Shown one piece after another: positions 12,421 to 25,335 of a DNA stretch of 64,000 nt. Source of the stretch: Perna viridis (Eukaryota); the NCBI GenBank assembly GCA_037379345.1, contig CM074518.1:7316001-7380000 (forward strand), given 5' to 3'. Under the pieces are notes generated by a model. That model did no database searches. It saw nothing but the letters and a program-made list of their open reading frames with translations, and had not been told where the DNA came from. Each line of letters starts with the position of its first letter. Positions within the stretch are counted from its first letter, which is position 1. The position numbers and the translations under genes were made by a program.

Positions 12421-14775
12421 TTCAATTATTCACAAAAATGATCATCCAGAATTAAATTTATTAATAAAGGTTTTGATTTTATCGACATTGCCGGTATTTG
12501 GAATGATTATACATTTACGGAAACTACCCCTACTTATTTTGATAATATTCAACCCCGTGAATTCTATTTTCTATATTTACAAAAAGCCATCCCGTCAATG
12601 TGTCTTTAATTATAGTGAAGTATGCAAAGATGTAAATATTAAGGAAAATATGCCAATATATTTAAATTGAAGTAACTCAAAATGCATTTATGGTCCCAGT
12701 TCCCATGTTATTACACATAATCTGAATGCGGGTAACGACCGTTGGTGAAATTATTTCTTCAAAAAGGACCTAAGTGTCGCTGGAGTAGACGTCGTAACAT
12801 CTTCCAGCACTAACTCACTTCGTATTGTATAAAACGGATAAAACGTTAGAAAGTAGACAAAAAAGCATTAGATCCTTTCTTCAAATAGTTATGAAAATAC
12901 AATATAGTTTACATCCGACAAAAACATTTTGAGGGACACTTTACTACTAATTAATAAAACATAAAGGCCGTATTTCCCGATTGAAACACAAATGTCATGA
13001 CCTGGACCAGGGATTTATTTTTGCTCTTGCTGTCAAAGCTGCAAATAATATTGTTATTTGACGTAAATTCTATATTGAAATTCTATCAAAAGAAATAACG
13101 AATTCACCTACATTCCTACTGGCTCTTTACAATCTGAGCCTAGTAGCATGAAGGTTCCTACCATGTACTGGCTACCCAAACTTCACAAATCACCTTATAA
13201 TTAAAAATGTATTTACTCTTCAAGTCATTGCTCTACACCCAGACTTTCTACTTTACTTACTAATGCGCTCGATATCATAGAAAATCTAATTATAAATTTA
13301 TGCAACAAAGCGTATGAAAAGAGTGGTATTAACTATTTTTGAGAGTTAGAAACTCTCTTGAAGTGCTTAGTAACATACATGCCCATGTGAGATCTTTCGA
13401 ATCTGTTCAAAATTCTGATTTTTCTTCCCTATACACTACACTTCCATATTAAACAAAAATTCACATATCCTATCAAATGGTCCTTTGATAAATCGGGATG
13501 TAAATATATATGTTCGTAGATCATTTTTAGTATAGAAAAAACATAACATGCTTTGATATGCTTACAACACTAGAATTTCTGTTAGACAACATATTCGTTC
13601 GTTTTTGGCGATATCGTTTGTTGTCAAGTTATTGGAATTCCCAAGGGGACCTATTTTGCACTGTTTATTACGGACCTCTTTCTGTATTGTTACGAATCAC
13701 AATTTATGGCTAGAATAAACAAAGAACCTGCTAAGCAACAATTGGTCGAACTGTCTTTGGATAAAGCAAACATTGATGATAAAGAATGTCCGTTCTTAAT
13801 CTTAGTATTCATTTCAATAATGGTAAGCTTAATACTAAAATTTACGATAAAAGAGATAATTTTTCCTTCCCTATTATCAACTACATGTATCCGTTTTTAG
13901 ATGATGACGTTCCTTGTCACCATCATATGGCTTTTACATATCACAATTGGTTCGATTGCTCGTATTTGTAACAATGTTTCAAATTTTAACGAAAGAATTT
14001 TTTATATAACCAAGAAATTACTACATCGAGATTTTCGATATCACAAGCTCGTAAAAACATTCACAGACAATTTTAATCGGTACAACAGACAGATGTACTT
14101 GTCAACGATTAATAAACGCGCGGGTATCTCCCATCCTATATTATATGGTAATATTCTTCCCAAAGCACGGAAAGCTAAATACTCACCCAAAAAGTTAACT
14201 TATTAATAACTATTGTATAGATTCATTCGTAAGGGATAAGTTATGATATTGTTGTCATATCGTTGAAGATAGCATTTGTTGGCGCTTATATGATCTTTAC
14301 ATAGAAACAAACACACTATATGCAGTTTTTGGCATGGCATGAATTGCGTCCTTATTGTATGACTTATGATGTAGCATAGCATAAATTGGGATCGATTTTA
14401 CATACGATGAGGACATAACTTTTTGTAGGTCTAAAATGGTCTAGAGTTGGAATGTCAGTTAACTGTTTGTAGTCTTGTGCTGGTGCATTTGGGTAACGCA
14501 TAATCAGTTTCTTTATTTCTGTATTTTTGCGAATGTCCCAAGTCAGAAATTCTGGTCTCTGCATGTCTTGTTTCGTTTTCACTTTTCGTTACTTTTATCT
14601 TGCTTGAGTAATAGGGGCAACTATTTTGCTGTACCTGTTTATAATGTTGTTTTTGGGCCAGCTGAAGACTGCCCTATGGTTTCCTCGTCTTTCGTAGAAG
14701 ACCCATGGGTGGCCTTGAGTTGACATTTTCATTCCGGTAGGGTTTTTGTCACTTCTCCATATCTATTCTCGTTAT
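12421..14775 (+). mobile_element. Decayed Penelope-like retroelement (reverse transcriptase remnant), boundaries approximate
   Basis: Motifs in order: HVIT..L/LLQKGPKCR (~12700-12780), MYWLPKLHK (13163-13189), DFSSLYTTLP (~13417-13446), FLLDNIFVRF, QVIGIPKGT (~13625-13652), DLFLYCYE, CPFL, TKIYDKRDNFSFPIINY, ARICNNV. Many stops and frameshifts. Confidence 0.82.
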
Positions 14776-15310
14776 ATTGTAATCCTGACATTATTGTTAT
14801 CCGGTCATTCTTATTTACCTGAAATTCTTGTTATCCTAAAATTCTTGTAATTTTGACATTCTTGTAATTCCGACATTCTTGTAATACTGACATTCTTGAT
14901 TTGTAACTAACATTTATGTAATCATGACATTCTTGTAATTCTGACATTCTTGTTGTTCTGACATCCTTGTAATTCTGACATTCTTGTAATGCTGATGTTC
15001 TTGTTATCTTGACATTATTTTAATCGTGGCATTCTTGTACCCATGGCATTCTTTTTCACCTGACATTCTGGTAGTCCTGATATCCTTTCATATCTGCCAT
15101 TCTTGTTATCCTGACATTCTAAAAATCTGAGAAACTTATTATCTTGAAACTCTTCTTATCCTTACATTCTTCTTTCATTCTTTGACCCTTGCCATTCTTG
15201 TTATCCTGGCAATCTTGTAATCTTGACATTATTCTTAGCCTGGCACTTTTGTCATCATGACATTATTGTACTCCTGTCATTGTTTTAATCACGACATTCT
15301 TGTATCCCTG
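14776..15310. repeat. 17-bp satellite, right part (~30 degenerate copies)
   Basis: Same attcttgtaatcctgac unit as 12230-12420. Confidence 0.9.
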
Positions 15311-17930
15311 ATATACCCCACCTTTAATTGCATGATTCAAAGGTGGACTTAATCTTAAGTAGCAGCCTTCATAGAGGTGATTGATGAGTAAAAAACAAAT
15401 TCGCCTTCCTTTCTTATTAAAAAACATAATGAAATGAGTCCTAGTCTTCACTTTATCTGGATTATGTATGAAAATGGCATTTGGCGAGAGTTATTGTTCT
15501 TAATTTGGTAGATTTATGTGGGAGATGAATGTATGGTTATGAATGTGTATACATAAAGGACATACATCTTTTTATTTTTTTTCTCCCAAACTTATTTGTT
15601 TATACCAGAGTAAACAAAAGGATGTAGCATTTCATAAATTTGATACATGTACATGTAAAGCCCTTCAAAAAGTGATTTTTTTTTTCAGCTAATAAAATAT
15701 CTGAAGCTTACAAAAGTGCGTTATATCTCGGTCTTTATGTTAGCGAGTTCCTTATATTTCACCAATGAAAATCGGGCATGCATTGTATACATCGAAAGCG
15801 CATATGTCTAATTCAAATACTTTTAATGTATCTTCTGCGTTTCTTTTCCAAGATGTAGCTATTGTTTTGATTTTATTTAAAGAGACTATCGACATTTTAT
15901 CTAATGAAAACATTCGGAAAACGAATATTTTTCCCAATTTTGACTAATTTCGATATGTGGTGAATTAAAATTATATAAAAGTTGAGGTCAGTCGTATTCT
16001 TATCTCCAGGGTACACTTCTTCGCTTTAAAAAGTTGATAAGGACTTGTTTCACAGTTAGACATTTTAAAACCCCGCTATTGAAACATGGGTCAATAACAC
16101 CTATATCACAACTAGACACGCGTTATAACGTTCATCCCTTAGATTTTTCCAGTCGTCAGAAACTATCTAAAATCCATGAAACGATTTGGAAACAGGAGGT
16201 CACTCGCACCCTTATCTAAAAAAGACACTTGTTAAATGAATATCTCTTTCACTTTTGACTTGTTTCAGTGTTAGGAAACATAAAAATACCCATCAAAGGA
16301 ATAATCCGATCTGCATGTCATAACTCACGGCTCATATGTCGATTTCTGTCATGTATTCACAAATACACTGAGAAAGGCTGGGCATACGTGAAAAAGAAAA
16401 CATATCATTAGTAAACTGAATAAAAGCGAAAGTAAAAAGTCAATATCTACTTCAGACTAATGCCTTTATAGAGATTCAGGGCAGATATCCCAAATTTGTG
16501 CATTATTAGATGTTAAGAATCTACACAATATCACTTTATAAGCAAATACAGACTTTTGTTGATGAACATGACAGATTGTTTTGAAACATTTTTATCACTT
16601 AATTAAACTTTTATGTTGAAAAGGGCTTTCTGTATCTCATAAGAACAGGTCGTTTTTGATTAATTTTTCGTTTCTATAGGTGGGTTGGACGGATTAGAGA
16701 AAGAATTTTTGGAGCTTTTCATTCTTCCTCAAGTTCCTCAAGTCTTTTTACAGTACTGTTTAGATTGTGGACAATTGGAGATCGACTTAAAATTCTGAAA
16801 ACGATTTTTAACATTTGAATTGTTGCAATAATTCAAATTATATTGTAAACTATAACACTTCCTGAGTGTATTTATATTCACTTTAACTTTATAAGATCCT
16901 TAATCCCCGTTCTCTCTTAAAACCAACAATAATTAGGTACAAGAAAAATTGCCATGTCCAATAGCCATAATTTCTTAACTGACGCCTGAATTCCGAGTTT
17001 ACGGCGACAAACAAAATGAGAGCACTCAAAAGAGAGACAGGAGTTACAAAGAAAACTCTCCTCCTGCTTGCCCTTTCACTTCACTATTGTTCTATCCGGT
17101 CACGGGGATAATCTATGTATCAGAAGCGTTTATTCACACGGGGATAGAAGAAACTAAAAGGTAAATGCATTGAATTGGATTTTAATGCAGAAAATATAGT
17201 GTTTGGACCAAATGCGGGAGGCTAAAGAATTTTAATTCCGAGTTTATGAGGTGGATAAGTCTGAAAAGTGTGCAGACAAAACTTTTTAGAATGTATTTGG
17301 CTCGTCTGAACTTTATTAATTGTGCCTAATGAACCAATATATAAATAATTTCTAAATGATATCAATGATATTAGAAAATAAATAAAATTAATCGTTCATA
17401 GCATACCATAGTTAATCTCGTTTATAATTTTGTTTGATCCGTTCAAATTGTTATTTAAAAATAAAAAATACTTTCAAAATTAATATTAATGAATTTCTTT
17501 CATACCAAACATTTCTGTATCTGCTGATAACATTTCTATCTTGTCCTATTTTAGTGGTTTATAAAAAAGTGCGTTTTTTTATGCGGCAATCTATACAAAC
17601 GATTCTGGAAAAGATTTTTTATAGATAAAAAAAACTAAAAAAAAGGAATGAAAGAACGAATCAAACAAAAATTCAAATTTAGTATATATGTGGCATTTCT
17701 ATTATATAGGGAAATGCATTGTAATTGTCCCAGTCAATTAAGTTTGCATCGATAGGGGGCTATTTGTAAGGGTGAAATCGGACTGAAACTTATGCATAGA
17801 TTTATTTGAGGACTTTACTGTCGTCGGCGCGACCTGATTGACCACCATGGCGTGTCAGTTTCCTATATAAAAAAAAACGTCTCCATCCGTAACAGATTCC
17901 ATTCACAGCGAGTGCCTTATTAGAATTTTA

Positions 17931-18310
17931 AGCAGGGATTGCGTACCCTTCCGGGTTACCTGACCTCACACCTGATTTAAATGTTGCCGTTTCTGTGTAT
18001 CTGTGTATTTTTTTACATGTCATTACTTTATTGTGTTCAGTCGTGTGTTTTTCCATCATTTTCCCCTAGTTTGATATTTGCAGGGTGCGATTTTTTTATC
18101 GATTTCCTCTCTGTTGTCGTTCCCCCTGTCCTATGTCTTGGGAGATCCCTTCGTTTCATTTTCCCATGCTGTTTTGTCCACCGATCTCCCCTCGTTAATC
18201 GTTATTTTGATGCCCCGAGCTTTGATATCCCGAGCTGAGTTTTGTCAACCGATCTCCCCTCTTTGGTCGTTATATTGATGCTCCCGAGCTGAGTTTTAAT
18301 TTAACTAGAT
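17931..18310 (+). repeat. Remnant of a dispersed short repeat family with internal local duplications
   Basis: Core acccttccgg....cctga..tcac shared with 62664-62713 (+) and 60605-60648 (-); internal repeats cgatctcccct and cccgagctgagtttt. Confidence 0.55.
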
Positions 18311-21300
18311 CTTCTCATGTTTGTATTTTAAGTTTTGCACAATAAATTGCCGGCATTAAACTGCGTGTAATATTTATATTCGATTAACTTTACACAAATC
18401 GTGAATGTAGAAGTCGCATTAATTAGCACCTTTGCGTGGCGTTGTTTTGCATTGCAGAATTGCAAATATTAACGCTATAGAGGGCGTAATACACTAGTAG
18501 AATTAAACACAACGCAAGATATTGCAAATATAAGAATCAGCGTTATTGTTGTTGTAATCAACCTGAACGGCTGCAGGGTTAATGATGTTCAACACACCGT
18601 ATTAATTCATGCAAATCAACCAACTTAATTACTTCAAAATAAAATTAACGCATTAAAGTTCTCATAAAATACTTAATTTCAAATTATGTAAAAGGCAACG
18701 TACAATTGTGGCACTCACGTGCCTATTTTTACTTGTACTTTTCATAAAAGTAACGCTATTTCTATGTAAATTGCAATTAATTTGGGTGTATTGATGAAGT
18801 TATTTGGACTAAATATTTTATATAACTAATCGTTGATCACTAAGCCTCCATAATAAATTGGTATCAGGCTTGAACGGAAGTGGATTAGAACGATTTTTAA
18901 CAAGTGATAAAAGTTTGGTCTGGTTTTAATTAGTTGCTATAGCGAAACATCCGAAGAAAATATGAAAAGCTTCCAAACTCCCTCTGGGTTGAAGCAGAAT
19001 ATGAGAAATTTTCCACACCAGAGACACAGGTTTCCTCCAACCTAGCTGCATCTACATAATGCGATAATTGGATTATTCCCCGGAAAACAGTCAGGCGTAA
19101 ACCGCTTTTGCCTTCGGATATTTACACAACTCTGCTCTCCTAAATCTGCCAACTGTTTGGCATACGTACCAATCTTCTGGTTTTCATGATTGGGAAAAAT
19201 ACAGGGACACAGGACATCAATCTGTGCATATGTCTTTATAAGAAATGTGCTAATTTTTGTTGTTTCTTGTTTCAATTGAGGCTATAAACAGGCAAACACT
19301 ATGTTGCAAATATAATAAATCCAAATAAAATTGTTTCATTTTAACTTCTGAAGATAATGTACGGTATGGCTACTCTATGAAAACCATACAGGAAATGGTT
19401 AATTTTGTCTTTTCACTACGATATTAAAGTAATTGACAAAATTCAAAATCCTGATGATTACTGCCTCCCTTATCTAGATTGCCTCATTCTAATCCTCATT
19501 AAAAACAAACTGTTAGGAAACACTTTTCCTGTCCTAATCTGACTCCGGGCATTAACCACGCCTTTTGTTGTAACTTAAACGGACAGGTGATATAATATTT
19601 AATGAAGTGGAATCTTTAATCACCCAAAAAATGAAGAAGCTAGGCGTTATAATCCATGTTTTATCTGGATTATATATACCTTAATCAAAGACGTCAAAAG
19701 ATATTTTGTTGTAAAATTACATTGACCGGAACTTGTAAACAAAATTGTGGCCGATCCAGTATACACGGAATACTATGTAATGTGTTAGCATGAATAAGTT
19801 CTAAAGTGTTGTATTGTGGCAAAGTGTTAACATTGTAATGTAATCCTGGGTAATATTTTAAATACAGACAACTGGTCAAGCACCACTCGACATAATTAAT
19901 GGGAATATTATGACAGGCTTAGCAAATAAAGCACATTTTAAATCCAACCACAATAGTTATCTTGATAAAAAACTGACTGGTGTGATGATCGTTTAATGTA
20001 TGTAAGGTTATGTTGTGTGTATTTGTCTACCACATCGTCCACATCGATGCTTGTACACAAATTTTGACATGAATTTCTGACATAACAGAGGCTCATTAAA
20101 GTGGCTCTTATATGTCGCGGGGACGTGATATTTGGAATAAGGAGTGGAGCAGTACACTACCTCTTTTGGCAAGCATGGATAACTCAGGTTAAGACTACCA
20201 GTCAAAAAGAGAAATGCAAATGTGTACCAAATTCTTTTCGGGTTTTAATTTGTTATGTTTTGTTTTGTTTATTGTTGTTATTTTTTATTTTGCTGAATTC
20301 TTTATCCACCTACACATACAATTAACAGTATTGAAAACTATATAGTCAAATTACCAAAGAATAACTGGATTGGGATCACAAAATTGCGCACTTTTAATCT
20401 CAACTTACCAACTGAAAAAGGACGCTGGTATAACATTCCAAAACCTGAGAGATTATACGCTTTTTGCAACGAGAATATTGGCGAAGAATTCCATGTTTTT
20501 TTTGTGAAAAATGGGTGGTTTACTCAATTTTTGCAATAAACGTTTTAAAAAGGCTTTCTATGCTCATTAAAATATATCTGCTATGTTACGATAGATTTAT
20601 CACCTTTCGCTCTCCATTTGTATCTGTATTTACATGTAGCTCTGTATTTATTATTGCTCATTTCTGTGTCGTTTTCTTTATGTGATACTGATTGGCCACA
20701 TGTAACACATTTGTATGTGTCTAAGTGCATATAATGAAACCTGAATCTGAAGTATTCATTCCAAATTTTCGACTAAGGATATCTAAAGACAAGCATATCC
20801 CCAAGTCAGAACCTTCTCCGGTGATGTTATATCTATTTTGTCCGATTTATTTTGCACGTGACTTGATTATGGATTAGATTAACGTTCGGTAATGTTGTTG
20901 TTACATTTATCATATTTAAGTCAAACATAATTATTTTATAAAGGATTATGTAGTATTTTAATTTATATTGCTTTTTTTAAATATTTTTTTATTTTATATG
21001 GCTTACTGGTATTTTAAGTGCCTCATATGTCAATAGTGGCCGGCCGCGGGCAACTAATAATTTCATAAATGTGCATATTGTATTGTGTATTGTTATGTAT
21101 ATCTGATGTGTGACACTCCAATAAAACTAATTATAATTTATATTATTATCATAAAAGTGTATTTTACAAGTGCTTAGGAAAAAAACGTTATTAATAATTA
21201 TAGGATTCAATTTATTTTTATTTTAATAAATGAATGAGAGTCAATTCATATTGGAAAATGGGATGGAAAACTATTCTTATTTGAAAAAGTATACCTGTTG

Positions 21301-22562
21301 AAGTTAAGAAAGTAATGGTGCTGTGTTAGGTCTGCTTCATTTCTTAACATGTACTCACATTTATCATGAATCCATAGTTTTTTTTTTCCGAAACATATCT
21401 ACAAGTATTTACAGAAGTAACTAACATCATGTATATAGAATAACCATCAACACAGAAAATTTGTATATGTAACTACAAAGAATACCAAGTTTTAATCTAC
21501 GGGGAAAATGTGAGAAAACAATCAAAACCAAACTCACGAGAAATACGAAACAAGATTGTTGGAACCATTCTATCCCTTACTTGGATACCAGTATAGCCAT
21601 TATACGTTCAGGGCCAAAATTACGTAATTTGATAAGAGGCTTTCATTGCAAAAACCTAGGTCTGAGAATCCTAAAAAAAATCCTTATTCTGAGTAAGTTT
21701 TGGATCTAGGTATAAACTAAGGAATTGTCCCATTCCAACCTAAAGATGTGTATAAATGCAGACAAGGAAAGACAAAATTTTATTTATTATCTTATATATG
21801 TCATGTTAATAGTAACAAAAGTTAATTTTATCTAGTGATACAACATTTGTTCTATTCGTTGAGATATTTTTTCCCAACATATAGATGTATCATTGGCCAT
21901 TTGAAAATACCAAATACCAAATGAATGCATTTATTTCTTTATGTAATTTTTTTTTTACTACTTATACAATGTACGTGTATACAAGCCTTTTTTCCACAAA
22001 TCTTATCAAGAAAACAAACGAAAATAGTTTTAATTGATTCTTTGTAAAACTTTTGTCAGGAAGATTTTTTGTTATGACCTTGGGATATTTTTGTACAGTT
22101 CAAGTCCAAGATTCAGTAGAATGTATTGGACATAGTGTCGGGGAATTTAAATAAGAGGAACAGTCCCTGAAAACTTGATAAATTTTCGAAGTAAAGACAT
22201 TTTATATTCAGCATTTATTTTATCTATGAGATATGAATGAATTATGTAAAGTTGTTCACCTGTAATATAGTTCTTTGATCATTAATGCCTGCATCATGTG
22301 CAATACTGCTGAAATCAAATTTAGTCATTTCGGAACTAAACGACATATTTTTATGTTTCCCGCCATGCACTGTAAATTATTTCTAGTTTGTTTGTGAACT
22401 AAAACCATATCATTAAAGGAATAAAAACCCTACGCAATTCATTAATTCTGAAAAATTTTAAACATGAATAATTTTTATTTTTTTAGAACTAAATTTATGA
22501 GGCTGTAATGAGTAGTTGTTATTTCGTGGTCTTTGAGCAATGAAAGACAATATTGCGTAAGA

Positions 22563-22704
22563 TTGGTCCAGTACCGAAGGACCTGACTGAGTGCGCCACT
22601 GGTCTGGTACCGATTGACCTGACTGAGTACGCCATTGGTCTGATAGCGAATGACCTGAATCCGCCACTGGTCCAGTACCGAATGACCTGACTGGGTGCGC
22701 CACT
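22563..22704. repeat. 36-bp GC-rich minisatellite, ~4 copies
   Basis: Unit gaatgacctgactgagtgcgccactggtccagtacc; 12-aa periodicity in the overlapping minus-strand ORF. Confidence 0.9.
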
Positions 22705-22851
22705 TCTTCAAGTTTCTCTCGTCCTTTTCTGTAGTAGGCAATGAAACAAATAGCTGCATGCAAATTTGTTGAATACTATTATAGATTAAAAATGTCAAAT
22801 AAAATCAGAGAAATTCCACAAAATTTCATACGTTCAGGCTAACCAGTTAGA

Positions 22852-22873
22852 TGTGTGTGTGTGTGTGTGTGTG
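22852..22873. repeat. (TG)11 microsatellite
   Basis: Direct reading. Confidence 0.95.
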
Positions 22874-23786
22874 GTAGGAGTAGCATTAGTTTTTCTTCCC
22901 TGGATGTAGAACCGTTTGCTGCATTTCAAAATGCAGTATTCGAATTTTGTATGCTTGCATGTTTTATCACTGTAAAACACGTGCAATTGAAGCCAAGGAA
23001 CCGATGTTTTAGCTTTACAGTAAAATTCTTAAATGAATTGTATTAAATTATTCACTAGTTCCCAATATTCATGTAATATTTATATGTTCGTTTGGTGTAC
23101 AGACCATACAGACCCCGAAATGTATATAAATGCCCAAAAAAACTGAGACAAAAAAAGAAATTTTTTTTTTTTTTCTATTTTGTTTTCGATACTTTTTTAT
23201 CGTGTTTTCAAAAGAGTTTATTCTTGTTATGTGTACATTTCCTATCGTTTTATGAATGTCCTTTTGTTCTCTTTAGCAAGTAAAATTGATATAAACTAAA
23301 CATGTGTTTTAATTGTTAGATCCTGTGTCTGATTCAAAATTTTACTAAAACACATGTAAGTTTATAAAGCCTATGATCTTTATGAATATTCATTGTTTTC
23401 GGGGCGTCTTCATATTTATATGTTTATATATCTACTTCATACTTTTATTTGAATATGTATATACATATGATTGTATATAGTTGTACGAATTGCTTGTATT
23501 TATGCAGAATCTTTGCCATTTGTAGGTATTGAAAGAAAATAACATTTCTGGTTTTAATTGTATTTGCATTCAGTGACTAAAAGGTAAAAATGTTTATTTC
23601 AAAAATTAAAACACATATTTAGAGTGCGGCTATCGGATAGTTTTAATTATGGGCACTCATGGAATAAATAAAATCTTATTCATTTTTATGAAAGCCTCTA
23701 TAAAAAGATTGCTTACAAATGTTGGTCAATATAGCTACAGAAGATTACAAGTCACTGTGTATGTTTTGCATATTATCACATGCTGA

Positions 23787-24012
23787 ATTTGTTACGTGTT
23801 GTGTGGTTTGTTACGTGTTGTATAGTTTGTTACGAGTTGTTTGGTTTGTTACGTGTTGTGTGGTTTGTTACGTGTTGTGTAGTTTGTTACGAGTTGTTTG
23901 GTTTGTTACGTGATGTGTGGTTTGTTACGTGTTGTTTGGTATGTTACGTGTTGTGTGGTTTGTTACGTGTTGTTTGGTTTGTTACGTGTTGTTTGGTTTG
24001 TTACGTGTTTTG
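23787..24012. repeat. 19-bp minisatellite, ~12 copies
   Basis: Unit gtttgttacgtgttgtgtg, highly homogeneous. Confidence 0.95.
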
Positions 24013-25009
24013 TGGTGAGAAGCTTTATCTCTTTAAATTGTGGACGTAACATAAGTTTTTCTCAGCATCTGTGTTTGCACCTTATATCAACATATTTACG
24101 TGTATATGTATGTGATAATACGGATAATAAACATGTAATTTTCAGAAAAGGGCGCTTCCATCAATACAGAGAAGCTTGATGCTAGCAATAAAGGACATTA
24201 TAGTGGCACAACTACCTAAAGCGGTTGATTTTTTATTTATTTAAATAGGGTTTTTTATCCGAAACAGTTTTGTTTTTAGTGTATATCATTCTTCTGAAAG
24301 TTTTCAGGAATTCCGATACATCGGATACAAAAGTAGCTTAATGTATTATGCATTCGAATAAATGCTAAATGAAATAGGTTTTAGAGCATGAATAGTTCTG
24401 AATGAGCTATAAGAGCACCCTATGCTGAAGTGGTTAAAATATCTGCCTTATTGTGAAAAAGTGTGTAATGGAGTACCAGTATAGTGTTCCGGAAATCTAC
24501 AGATACGTGATGCTCTTGGAAATAAGTGAACTATTTGGATATTAATCACGAAATTACGCTTTAAACTTGGAGGAATCTGGGTAATGGAGCACATATAACA
24601 CACATTTGTATGAAAACACAACCATATATTGTTCAGCTTTTATACCGGAGGTAAAAACACACATTCACAAAAAAAACAGAAATTCTTTCAACCGCCTACA
24701 AGCAAGTGTTCTCATTTTTATCGAATGTTTAATTAATAAAAGCAAGGGTTGTTATGGCAAACACTATACTTAAAATACGTCATGTATATAGAAGAAGTTG
24801 TGATTAGTAATCGTTTGGTAATTAAAACATTTATTGGAGATGAGTTCTCTTGATACATTGTAATTCTACCAATCAAATTTCAAAGATAAGAGGATACATT
24901 ATATATAGACGAAAAATTCTATTCTAAATCTTATTTGTCTAATTTTCAAAAAAATAACAATTACCAAAAATATTTTGAGAAATATGCTTACAAGAAAACA
25001 GTAGCAACC

Positions 25010-25335
25010 GAATAGTCTGCCAAAATTACCCAGAATAGTCTGCCAAAATTGCTTAAAATAGTTTGCCAAAATTACCCAGAATAGTCTGCCAAAATTACTC
25101 AGAATAGTCTGCCAAAATTTCCCAGAGTAGTCTGCCAAAATTACTCAGAATAGTCTGCCAAAATTACCCAGAGTAGGCTGCCAAAATTACACAGAATAGT
25201 CTCCCAAAATTACTCAGAATAGTCTGACAAAATTACCCAGAATAGTCTGCCAAAATTATTCAGAATAGTCTGACAAAATTACCCAGAATAGTCTGACAAA
25301 ATTACCCAGAATAGTCCGCCAAAATTACTCAGAAT
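25010..25335. repeat. 23-bp minisatellite, ~14 copies
   Basis: Unit gaatagtctgccaaaattaccca, highly homogeneous. Confidence 0.95.

Noticed and set aside
10893-25335. Tandem arrays as possible CRISPR arrays or repetitive protein genes
   Set aside because: Head-to-tail units with no unique spacers, eukaryotic context, no cas genes; the ORFs are by-products of periodicity.
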